Positions 52,071 through 64,000 of a stretch of DNA of 64,000 nucleotides are shown one piece after another. Origin of the DNA: Camelus dromedarius (lineage: Eukaryota); the NCBI RefSeq assembly GCF_036321535.1, contig NC_087436.1:56732001-56796000 (forward strand). The letters run 5' to 3'. Within the stretch, counting starts at the first letter, position 1, and the number at the start of each line of letters is the position of its first letter. Both the position numbers and the translations under genes were made by a program. The notes under the pieces are model-generated. The model had not been told where the DNA came from. It saw only the letters and a list, made by a program, of their open reading frames with translations, and searched no databases.

Positions 52071-55000
52071 GAAAATTGGATCTTAATGGTGCCATACTAT
52101 TACATCATACAGAGCTGAATATTTTGTTCTTTCCAATTTTTCACTCCAGTAGATCTAAAATCTTGGTCTATGTCTTAGACTGTTTCCTTAAATTGAGGGA
52201 CTAACACATTAAGCCAAGAAACCTTTTATTTTCAAATAAAATCTTAACCAGAAGAGGAAATAAATAAAACCCATTTATTAATAAAGGAGTGCTCAGAGAT
52301 AGAAATGGATTGTCAGACAGGCAAAAAAACTCTGCTGGCTTTTCCTTGGGATAGCTGAAATGGCCCTCCTTTTAAGCTTGAAAATAAGTCAGCAAGAAAC
52401 AAATCAACAATATTAAAATCCTCTCTCTCACTGGAATACACAATGGGTTGTCTGAATGTGATTGTTCTGGTGCTGTACTGCAGGCAAAGACAGAACAATA
52501 GTATTGTGTGTGTGTGTTTTAAGCATTCCATATCTAAGCAGAAATTCAAGCACCATAAATTCCTTACTTCTTTCACCAAAATGCTAAGAAGCTAAATGTG
52601 AATGGCCTATTTAACTCCACGTAATACAAGTAGTCAATAGATTTTAATGCCACTAGATACACAGTCCAGAAATAAGCTAGTGTTTTCATAAGCCCATTCT
52701 ACCAGAGAAACGAAAATGTGGCATTGGCTACGTTAGTAGCCTGATTTTCTGTTTCCCTATTATATCAGCACTCCAACAGTCAGTCTATTCACGAGTGTAA
52801 GAGTTGAAGAAAGGTACTCCTATCATAAACAGATTGGAAATCTTCTATAGCAAACTTAATCAAAGCTTCAGTAGAATTTCCTAAAATGTATCCATCTGTA
52901 AAAGGCAACTAACTAATCAGAGTATTGCTTAAATAATACAACTTAGGCAAAACATTCATAATCTCCTCAAGGTTCAAATAAACCAAAAAAGTTTAAACAT
53001 CAGATCAAAGTAAAACGATCTCTGCAGTTTTAAGCTAAAAATATGTTCTGTGGGAGATAACCAGTTCAGTGCTAACATTCAGTGACTCAGGTTGCTGAAA
53101 TTTTTCCAAAAACTTTGCTTAAAAAGAAACAACAATGAAATAAAACATAAAATTTGCCTTAGTTTGCCTTTACTTAAAAAAAATAATTTTGAAAATTTGA
53201 AATATTTAGAAGATAACTATAAAACAAAACAATAGAAATTACAAACAAATAATATAAATCACACTGTGGAAAACAAGTAGTATAAATTATAAAATAATCT
53301 TAAACTTCTCAGAGTCTGCCAGATTACAATATCCTATACTGAAAGTATCAAGCCTACAACTGCAGCTTGTTTTTAAAACAGGTGTCCAAGAGAATGTCAC
53401 TTGATCCAACGCCTCGTTGCTTTGGTAAGTGATACTGACACCGAGGCCAAGAACTGAAATTATGCTTTGACTAGGTCTCAGAAATAACCGCAATCTATTC
53501 AAGCTGCTTTAGCATTTGAGCACCAAGCAAATGTGTTATGTTAATTACTGTTATAGGATCCTGACATGAGCTAATCCTTGTTCTTATTAACAACCCTAGT
53601 AAATGAAGCTTTAGTGCTTAACTGATAACAAGTGCTGGGATAATCCAGACCAATACAAAATTTAACAGATGAGGGGGGTAGTAAGTGAGGGCTATTCATG
53701 TTATTAACGCAATTATATTTATTTCACTTGGCAGAAGATTGCACATTAAAATTACATCCTGATCTAGCATTTTAAAAACTGAAACCAAGGCACTTAAAGA
53801 TGGGGAGCATAATTTCTATTTTGCCCTTCACATTTTCTCCATACTAAGTTTTTCAGATGTGCTGGCAGTCGTGGTATCACAACATATTACAGGATATCTC
53901 AGAATCTGATCATCAAACCACACGAATCAGCAACTGATACGGTGCGACATTTTGTTAACCCATCCAGCGATTATTGCTTACAACGGCACACGAACAGCAG
54001 TGACTCCTGTCCCCATAAAGGATGTTTTTATCCAGAACACAGTATCCCCACATACCAGTATAGGTTAATCAAAGTACCATAACTTACAGAAACAATGTTA
54101 TAAGTCAAAACTTCTTCTTAATAATACCAGCCCTAAAAATATAACCCTAAATACAGTTAGTAATTAAAAACACTACTTTATTTATTGGGACAAAGCAGTA
54201 CCACACTAGATTTTATAATAGTTAAATATTTCTGTAAGACCCTACAGTAGAAACTTTAAAAAAAAAAATGACTAACCAAACTAAATTATGGCCCGAAGGA
54301 TAAGCTGGTGCTGAGTCATGTATGATCCGTTTAGGTCAAACAGTCACTGATGCCTTTTGTGTGCTGCAGACTCTGCCGGACTTTGGAAACCTCTACTGAT
54401 TGCTTCCTTCTCCCCACAACCACTGTCACTACTCCCACTGCTGCTGGCTAATTCTTACAAAGCAGGTACTCACTGCAGAAAATACAAACTAAGTGAAAAA
54501 TAAAAGTTTACAGAATATCATTATGATTCTCTTTCTGTAAAAAAAAAAATTTGTCCTTAAGTGTGTGGGTTTGAAAGTGTGAACTATAAAATACTAATAA
54601 TGGTTATCTTGGGAGGTGGACTTATGTATGAACTTTTATTTTTGCTTTCTGTATTTTGGAAATGTCACAATGAACATAGACTACCTTTAAAATACAAAAG
54701 CTATTTTAAAAAAAATCATGTACCCTGTGCTGTGTTCTTCACACATTTATTATTTAACAGTGGGTTAAAAAGAAGACCAATTTATATTTGGCTCTTATAA
54801 GGTACTGAGACCTCTTGCGGTCCATTTTAAGCAGTAACCAGAAATATTATCCCAAGCAATGATTATGCAAGAGAGGATGGGAAAATGCAAGTTAAGGCTT
54901 AACACCTTATTCAACTTTAGAAAACCACTGTTTCAGTTATTTCAAAACAGGGTAAATTAAAAATGAGGAGAAAGCTTGAGCAGTCATTTCAAGCCTTAAT

Positions 55001-55753
55001 CTGTTACGGCCAACATGGCAACTCACAGAGGCAACAAGGTCCTGTGGTGGGATCCCTGAATTAACATTCACACCTCAACCTCACAGCATTTTAGAAGCCA
55101 TTTATTCAGAAATGCTCAGAGATTTAATAAGTGCCAGTGTAGCACACTCACTACTTAGCCTGTCTTGCTTTTTAGAATTTAAGAAACAATAAAATACAAT
55201 TGGGTAAAAAAAATTTTAAAGCAGGTTATGACCTGATCTAAAATGTAAAGCATTTATGAACAGATCTGCAGGTAATGATACCCTCTCAGTGCTTAGGTAT
55301 TCCAAAAAATCCAATCTTCTTTTCTCTCTAGGGCTTAAAATTCTTTATTTTATATAACTAGTTATTTTCCATCTAAATGAAAGTTTTCACTTTTATAATT
55401 TGTAAAATACTGATGTTTGTTCAGATAAATGATCTTCAGGGTCCTTATGAGTCTTAATATTTTATTATTCTCTGAGAAGCCAAATTAATCATTATTTTTC
55501 CTTAGTTCTGATAGGAATGAGTAACTGACTAAATTGGTATTTTTAGTTTTATTTTCACAGAGCTCAGAATTACTTTTCATTAAAATAGGTTCTAACAAAT
55601 ACACATATTCATACCTGTCTACTTCAATAACTATTACATAGAAATACAGCAAGAATATTTTCACTAATAAAATGTCTACTCTTTCAGAATGTTAAAAAAA
55701 ATCAACATTGGTATCAAGTCCTTTCAAGAAAATTTAAAAATCAAATAACCAAC

Positions 55754-55928
55754 CTGATGACCTGGTTGCAGTGGGCACACATGGGAGTTCGTTTGCCTGC
55801 GGGAATGTGCTCGGCTCTTTGCACTAAAGTGTCCTCATCGCTGGGCTGGGGCTGCCCTCCGGCGGAGCTGGCTGGTGCCACGGCGCCTGTGGGTGTCCCA
55901 CTGTTTGAGACTCTTCCAGTGGAAGGTG
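55754..55928 (-). CDS. PDLIM5: PDLIM5 internal coding exon (175 nt, phase 1 to 2): Ser/Pro-rich linker end and start of LIM1
   Basis: Acceptor ttttaactactag| and donor AG|gttggt. Translates (A)PSTGRVSNSGTPTGAVAPASSAGGQPQPSDEDTLVQRAEHIPAGKRTPMCAHCNQVI(R), matching the ENH/PDLIM5 RAEHIPAGKRTPMCAHC motif. Upstream exons lie beyond the window. Confidence 0.96.
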
Positions 55929-56259
55929 CTAGTAGTTAAAACAGAAGAATCAGAATGAGAAGAAGCCAGATTTAAACTTTTCCTGATAAGCAAATAATAA
56001 TATTATTTTAAAAATAATCTCTTCATTTCTTAGCTCATTCACCCACACTTACGGAGAGGTTATGTACCCAACATTGGGCTGAGACTACAGAGCAAAACAG
56101 GAAAGAAATTCAAGGATTACAACACAGGGAAGAAGTTATGACAGATGAACGCAGAGGGTGGTGCAGGAAAAGCAGGGTCACCTCTGCTTCCAGGACGGGG
56201 TGTGGGCAAGCTGAATACTGGTGGCGAGGTATTTCCAGCCATCCAGACAACTCGGCTAA

Positions 56260-57180
56260 CCATTAATTAGACTTAACTCAGAATATTATCACAGACACAT
56301 TAAAGATTTCAATGTGTTGAAGATAAAAGCAAAAGTGAATTCACTCTCTACTCTCTCTTCCTGTGTTGTCTAAGTAGACTCTGAACTCAGTCACCCAGTC
56401 ATATACGTCCTACGGCCCTCCTTGCCCCTCTGTGGTTATAATGGGTCCTGCTGATTTTGTATCACAAAGAGTTCTTTAATTTTGCTCCCTTATCTCCATC
56501 CCTACAAAACTGTCCTGGTTTATGTCCTGAATGTCTCCCACCTGGACTAGCCACCAAAATGTCTCATCCTCCTTAAATTCATGCTCCCAGTGCCACCTAG
56601 GACTGAAATCTTATCTGATCACGACTCTTAATAAACCATTTCAAGAATCTCCCTCTTCTCTGACCACTGAGTGTAGTCCATGCTGTTTTTAAAAATTTAT
56701 TTATTTACTTTTTTAGTCCACGCTTGTTAAGCATACAGGTTCCTCTAGTGGTCTCTTCCTGCCCCACAGCCTCATCTTTCATCTCTATCTGCCTTTCTCT
56801 TTCTGCTACGGCGAATACCACACTGCCTCATTTTCCCCTGTGGAGGGGTCTATCTATTCACAGGTTGTCTTCACTGTCATTTCTTTACCCTTCTTCCTAT
56901 TTACCCAGTAACCCCTACTCATTAAGATGCATCTCAGGAGTCAACTGCTCCAAAAATCCTCCCGGAACTACCTCTCCCCACTGCCCCATCCACATAATCT
57001 AGATTAATGTTGCTTCCATGTTCCCATAATTTTCTGTGAATGACTTTATTATTGCTTCTACTACATGCATGCGTGTCTTTTCTTCCCTAAACAGTGTGTG
57101 AGTTCCCTGAGGGCAGGGACTATATCTAATCCTAACCCTAGCACAACTGATACAGTGTCTGGAATGAATAAATGAGTAAA
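56260..57180 (+). mobile_element. Degenerate L2 fragments
   Basis: tctcccacctggacta...gagttccctgagggcagggactatatct...gaatgaataaatga. Confidence 0.55.
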
Positions 57181-57819
57181 CTGGAATCTATACATAAATG
57201 AACATCTGCAAAAACTGAGGAACTGAAACCAAATGAAGGCCTGCGCCTTACCCAAAGGCAATTAAAATGTAGTGGAAGAGAAAAGGCATATACTCAAAAT
57301 GTTTAAAAGGAATAACTTTTAAGAAAAGCATATAAATAATATAAATTAACAGTGTGTGGCTGTACGTGTGTGTGGTTGTGTATGTGTGTGTGTATATTGT
57401 CAGGATTCTTATTAAAGGTGTGATTGGAATTGGATAAGATTAATTAGGATAACTGAAGGATAATTCTCCTTCACCAGAATAAAGCCTATTTGCAATGATG
57501 TGACATTACAGAGCCAGACACCTGGCATTTATAAACACGTAGCACATCTCCCCCATTGCTCTACCTGGCACCTGAGCTGTGAAATGGCACTTTGCAGGCC
57601 AGGGAGCTCTACGAGTGCCCATATTTGAAGCTGAGTCAACTGGACTGAGAACATGTTTCACTCTCTTAGATTCACACTTTCTCTTATAGAAATGAGAAAG
57701 AAAATTACGTAATTCTCACTTTGTATATACTCTCATCCTTGTTACCTTACTGATCTGCACAGCACAACTCTCTCCTTCAATGTCTTGTTTTAAATTTCTT
57801 TCATTTCTATTTTTTGCAT

Positions 57820-58160
57820 TTAAAAAAAAATTACAATGTTGTATTACTTTCTGGTGTACAGCATAGTGATTCAGTTATACATATATACATGCATATTCTT
57901 TTCCATTACAGGTTGCTACAAGCCATTGAATACAGTTCCCTGTGCTATACAGTATGACCCTGCTGTTTATCTATTCTGTACATAGTAGTTTGTATCAGCC
58001 AACCCCAAACTCCCAATTTATCCTTTCCTTCCCCTCTTCTCCTCCTGGTAACCATAAGTTCGTTTTCTAAGTCTATAAGTTTCCTTCTGTTTTTGTAAAT
58101 AAGTTCATTTGTATCATTTTTTTAGATTCCATATATAAATGATACCAGATGTTTGTCTTT
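57820..58160 (-). mobile_element. Short L1 3'-end insertion
   Basis: ggtgtacagcatagtgattcagttatac...agttccctgtgctatacagta...ttagattccatatataa; same 3'UTR type as 27717-28620. Confidence 0.85.
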
Positions 58161-61100
58161 GTGACTGACTGACACTACTGTACTGTGTACTCACTGTCTC
58201 CTGGACGTGCTGTGCTGGGCCCGCTTCTACCACCCACAGCTAATGAAATGTCCACTGCTACGCACGGTTTTCCCACATTCTGTGAGGCTCACGGAAGTGC
58301 CATTTTCTTCCCCAGTATTCCCTGACCATCTCAGCCAGAAGTGTGCTCTTGTTCCTCTTAACATCTTTAACACCCCCACCTATGTATTTGCTATTTATCA
58401 ATATCCTATAATATCTTTTCCTTCCTAAGTCAATGATAAACTCTGTAAAATGAATTTCCTTCTACAACACTTCTTTCTACCCATTACCAGAAAACTGGCT
58501 TAAAAACAGAAGGCAAAAAATTAATATTTAATTAAGCAAATGAAAAAGGGAAGGTTCCAAGTCACTTTCATTTCGCCTTTTCAAAGAACACGATTTAGAT
58601 ATTTTTTAAATGGGGATCAGGTTCAGGATTTCAAACAGTGGGAAAGTTACCAATTGAAAAATCTGAAAATCAGACCTCAAAGAGAGTCAGACTCTTTCAT
58701 CTACCATATGCCTTTATTTTATCACATTATCTATGCATAAGCCCTAAAGTACTGAGTCACTGAGACATTTTTAGCAATAAAAGAGTGTAGTAATTCTCCA
58801 TCAGTCATTGTAAAATGGGACATAATCCATCTGGCCCATGCCTCCAGGAGAAGATACATGGGGAAATAACTCATTTAACATGAGAAGCCATTCTTAAACA
58901 CGAAACATGTGACTGTATCTTAGACACGTATAAAAAGGTTCTAAGCTCACTGCTGTTCCTTCCTTGGGAAGAAAAGCCTTGCTTTCTGTTACAGCCCCAT
59001 TTTAGCCACTCTGAAAAAGACAGAAGTTCTCACACCTCTGTTTTGTTGCTGTGTTGCTCGTACATTGGCCCACACACAAAGCTACACAAGCCTTGTATTA
59101 CCAAGCCCTGACCATTTCAAAGGAACAGTTCTTTCCTGTATGAATAGAGTGATGTTTCATTTCTCCACACTGGATTTCTCACTACTCTAGCACAGGAGAG
59201 GGCAACTTGTGAGTTGTTGAGTGCCAGCCCCCTGGCCTCTGCTCATTTGGCTTACTGGGGAGAGAGAGGTGTAAGAAGGTGACGCTTTGGAAGAGAGGAA
59301 GCACATGAGATGAGCCCTGCTTCCTTTATAATTCTGTAGAGAACTACACTACCACAGAGACCAAAACAATCCTCCACGGGGAGTACAGAAGCCGAACTAC
59401 TTCGCATTTACTGAACCTGCCATAAAAACCACTTTTACGCAGGAAAAAAAGATACAAATCTCTTTAGAGATAGCAGTTTAAAGATCTCAATCTACTTATC
59501 TGTAATAAAAACAGATTTTTCTTTTAAGTTCTAATAGAACTATTAAATGGGAACACTGAATTTGCCCCATTCATAATCTAGGAATCTCAGTCACAAAAAT
59601 TTAAGTGACTTATTCAAACTGAATAATGAGTGAGTCAGAAAAATGTCACAATGAGAACATCAGGGGGAGGTTAGTTCTTGACTCAAGTTTTCCTTTGTAA
59701 TCTTACTCTTGAACAATTTCCATTAAATTTGGCTTCTTTTATGACTGATCTCTACTCCAATGGGGCCGTGCTTAAAAATTAATTTTTTTCTTTTGTATCA
59801 AATACATTTCGGCACCACAAAACTCATCTTGAAATTTAAAGCCGACAGTTATTCTCCAAACTAACAGTGTTAGTGAGATATCTTTTATTAACTTTAAAAT
59901 GGTTATTTATAAGTCTTCTAAATGTTTGGAATGACATACATTCATACTTATCCTGTGCTTTTGTTTTCAGCACTATGATAGTCACACTTAAGATTACAAC
60001 GGCTATCATTAAATAAATAAACACAAATTAGTGGAAAAACCTAGCAGCATACTAGAATACTTTCTCAGTATATAATACATCAAGTTGTCAAGTTAATCAA
60101 ATAAAATATAACCAACCCACAATATGTAGAGTTGCTAATTTAAAAAATATTTGTCTTTGCGATCTGAGAATTCTAAGGGGCAATACTTTTTTAAAAAGCA
60201 AACAGACCACTGACTTACTAACCATGAAATTTAATTTACTACAAAGAAATGAAGTCATCTCTTTTGGACTACAGACTATAAATTGGAGATAAAGAATTCT
60301 GAAAAACTGAACCACAAAATATTCATTAATTTAGTAGAACATGTACTTTCTGTCATGGGAAATGTTTGTGATATATCACTTTAAAAGGTAAAATGAAAAT
60401 TCTTTACTCTAGAAAGATCTTAATTGCATTTCCCCCTAAGCAGATGATTCAAGTTTGCGTTACGTATTTAGCAAATTAGTTAACACAAGTTTTAAGCAAT
60501 CTTATTCTGAAATTTAATTTTCTTTTCTAACCATTGTTAGGGCTCTAAACAAGTGATGATTATCAAATTTATCCAAGTAACTTCTCACTGGGCCACATAG
60601 TATATTACTGGGGATTTACATAAAATATTACAATATTATATATTATATATAATACTACAAAATACTGTGTAATATATAAGGAATTAGAAATTATCTAATT
60701 ATTTACTATATGCTTCAAAAATAGATAAGCTAAAAGGCACCTGTTTATATAAATAAAAAGTTTCCAAAGAGAAAACACAGATTAGGACCAATAAAACTCC
60801 AGGTAGTACAATGTGTGAATTCTCTGAAAACAAATGTTTTCTAACTGTATTAAGAATAAGGTAGGTTATATGATATTTTTGCTTTCTATTCCTGTTGAGA
60901 AAAAAGCTATTGACTCTAAACCAATATTCTTTAAAAGAGCATAGTGAAGATTATAATGTATACATTAAACCCCCGACCAGGCTGCACTTAAATAGGCATG
61001 AAATTCATCAGTTAAACTCTTCTGGTTCAAGTCAAATTATTCAATTGCCAGTAAAAAATATTCATATTACTGATACATATATTAGGTGGAAAAAATACTA

Positions 61101-61339
61101 TATTATATCAAATCTTACTTGGAAACTTAACATAAGTCAATTGCGGCTAGGGGGATAACATCCCCCAAAACAAACCGCTGTGGTTAGTGTCTTCCAAGGT
61201 AGGTCACCCTTGCTAGATGTAGTGCTTTCGAATTGCTGAACATACCATTCAACAGGAGGGCAAGCTGGTGCTGGAAGATGAACTGCCCACAACAACATGA
61301 GAAATACGTAAACTGATGACTTCTTACCACGTCTATAGT

Positions 61340-61990
61340 ACGTCCTGGTCCAAGCCACCATCATCTTTGTTTGGCTTATTATTAGTGACTGCCTAAAGGT
61401 CTTGCTTCTAGTCTTGCCAACAACATAAAGGCCAAGAAAACCAAATCAGATCATGTTACTCCTCTGAGGCTCAAAATCCTCCAACAGCTCCCTTCCAACT
61501 CAGAACTAAAACCAAAGGTCCTATAGAATCTGACTCCTGCTACCTCTCTGACCTGATGTGTCTCTTTTCCTCTCCTCCCTACCTATGGGGCCCACTGTCT
61601 TCCTTACTATTTCTCTAAGTGGCCAGTATGATTCAGAGCCTTTGTACTTCCTATTCCCTCTGTCTGGAAATCTCTCCTTCAGCTGTTTGCATGGCTTGTT
61701 TCTTCGATTCCTTCCAGTTCTCTGCTCAGAGGCCATTTTATCAATGTGGCTCTGACCATCCTGTATAAAACAGCAACCCCCTCCCCACAAACCAGCATTC
61801 TCTATACTCCTTAACTGGTTTATCATCCCTATCTAATACATTTTATGTTTTTCTTACTGCTTTTTATTATCTATTTCTCCATACCTTGAGGTCAGGGACA
61901 CTGCTTATTTTGTTCACTGCTATATCTCTAGCACCTAGAACACTTCCTGGCATATTGTTTAGGAAACCTTTGTTTAGAGAATGAATGACT
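61340..61990 (+). mobile_element. L2 3' end
   Basis: ggtccaagccaccatcatct...aaatcagatcatgttactcctctg...tgttcactgctatatctctagcacctagaaca...gaatgaatga. Confidence 0.8.
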
Positions 61991-62603
61991 CTGGTAGCAG
62001 AATTATTGTCCTCCCACTGAAAGGAACCAGACTTCTTAGAGAAACTGCTGATTCTATGATTGGGACAAAAAAAAAAAATGAACATGGAAAATCTAGAATA
62101 TCTTGTCAAATGAGAAAGCAAGAATGCTGTGAAAGAACTACAGTGGTATCAAATGGACTTGAAGAAGCAGATGAGACAGCTTAAGTAATAATAATAATAA
62201 TAACTACAAAGGATTGAAATACTTTTTTCATGTAAGTTTACATGGGATCACAATGATTCTGGAATTTTTACAAAACCACATTAATCATTTTCACAAGATG
62301 CTAAGGGAACAATTCATTATTTTAAAACCCAGTAAAATTTAATAAAAGGGAAAAATCAAGCTTTAACAACTCTTCACCTGATAACTAACTGATCATGTTT
62401 TGTCAATATCCTACTCACCCCACTGCCATCTCTGAATTATTTTGAGGCAAATTCAGGATCTGTCATTTAATCCATAGTATTTCAGTATCATTTCTAAGAG
62501 TACTCTTTAAAAACCTACCCATAGTACCATTATCACACCTCAAATAAAAACTTCCTTAACATCATCAAATAACCAATTTTCCAGTTTATTTCTGATTATT
62601 CTC

Positions 62604-63087
62604 TGCATTAGTTTCTCTTGCTGCTATAACCAATTACTAAAAGCTTAACTGACTTAAAAACAGCATAAGTGTATTATTTTACAATTCTCCTTCACAGATA
62701 TTACTGGGCCAAATTAAGGTGCCGGCAGGGCTGTGTTTCTCCCTGAAACCTCTAGGCAAAATCCATTTCCTTGCTTTTTCCAGCTTCTAGAGCTGCCCAA
62801 ATTCCATGCTTCATGCCTTCTTCCTCCATCTCAAAGCCAGCAGGTTGAGGCCTTCTCACACTACAGTATTCCAATTCTCTCTTTGCTTCCCTCTTCTACT
62901 TTTAAAAGCCTATGGGATTACACTGGGCTCGCCAGAATAATATGCCTATTTTAAGGTCAGCTGATTAAACAATCATGATTCCATCTGCATCCTTAATTCC
63001 CCTTTGACGTGTAATGTAACATATTCACAGGTTCTGGGTATTAGGACATGGACATCTTTGGGGAGGGGCATTATTCTGCCTTCCACA
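62604..63087 (-). mobile_element. MLT1C-like MaLR solo LTR
   Basis: attagtttctcttgctgctataaccaattac...ttccagcttctagagctgcc...ggacatctttggggaggggcattattctgccttccaca. Confidence 0.85.
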
Positions 63088-63611
63088 CATACCCCAACAC
63101 AATATTAATCAGGACCCAAATAAGGAAGGTCCATATATTATATCTGGTGCATGTATGTCTTCAATTTTTTAGTCTATGAATCCTTCCATCTTCCCACCCC
63201 TTACAATATGCATGTAGAAGAAACCAACTCTCCAGTTATGTGTGTGTGTGTGTATCTGAACCTTTTTTAATAGTAAAAAGTTGGAGAAATTTTACACATA
63301 CTAACCTGAACTTTCATCTTCTCAACAATAATACAAGGTATTATTCTTACTATTTGATGGGGTTAGGAATACAAAGTTCAGAAAGGATTAGTGATTTGTC
63401 CAAGGACATGTAGAGCAATAAAATGCAGCAAATGTTTTTTGAACAACTACTATTTTTTGAACAAAAATTGTGCTAGACTTTACCACTATGAACAAGACAG
63501 ACATGGTTTCTGCCCTCCGAAGTTTAAAGGTTATAGACTAGTAAACAGTCAATTATGTTATAGTGGGATTAGTGCTAGAATGATGGAAAGATAATGAGTT
63601 TAATTACAGAT

Positions 63612-64000
63612 ATTCATTCAGTCAAGTGTATACTGAGAGTTTACAGTGTGACAGGTACTATGTTATGCGTGGGTACAGAAGAGAGAACCAAACATGTACT
63701 GTCCTTTCTCTCAAAGAGCTCAAACCCTTTTTTTTTTTTTTTTGAGTTGGAGGTGCTTGTGTTTCCTTTAAGTACAGATAGTCTAGTGGATATATGAACT
63801 CAGGAAAAAGAACTTAGCTAGAAGAACCGATTCAAGAGTCATCAGCATATTGATGGCTGTGAAAATTAATGAAGTTGTTCAGAGAAAGAGTAGTATGAAA
63901 TAGAAGAACTCCTAAGGCATAAAGCAAAATAACAGAAATACTTTGGGAACAGAGAGGGAAGTAGGAGAAAAAACAGGAGAGTATGGCATGGAAGCCAAAG
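63612..64000 (-). mobile_element. L2 fragments (MIR fragment adjacent at ~63330-63420)
   Basis: attcattcagtcaagtgtatactgagagtttacagtgtgacaggtactatg and gagtcatcagcatattgatgg. Confidence 0.55.

Noticed and set aside
55757..55939. 60-aa plus-strand ORF
   Set aside because: Antisense shadow of the PDLIM5 exon.
1..64000. CRISPR arrays, operons or other prokaryote-style systems
   Set aside because: The sequence is clearly mammalian (spliced PDLIM5, L1/L2/MIR/MaLR) and no regularly spaced repeat-spacer array was seen.

Overview
AT-rich mammalian genomic DNA. Three tRNA-derived SINEs that look like the camelid Vic-1 type suggest camel, alpaca or llama; I saw no Alu, B1, Bov-tA or PRE-1 copies. The right half holds the last five coding exons of PDLIM5 (ENH) on the minus strand (55928-55754, 42473-42293, 39513-39393, 37457-37342, 35945-35856). 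They splice GT-AG in frame and encode all three C-terminal LIM domains, ending ...[10 protein letters not shown] repeat-free 3'UTR of about 3.7 kb follows, with several candidate poly(A) signals. The left ~31 kb is downstream intergenic sequence; in human the next same-strand gene is BMPR1B, which is not visible here. It is filled with L1, L2, MIR, MaLR/ERV LTRs and MER5A. Nearly all ORFs in the supplied track are spurious or are repeat remnants. I found no convincing new biological system. The best unexplained signal is an orphan CpG-rich promoter-like element at ~25.2-25.43 kb (octamer, CCAAT, CACCC/GT boxes, NRF1-like site, Inr), followed on the minus strand by splice-site-bounded candidate exons. 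Repeat family names are assigned by eye and their boundaries are approximate.
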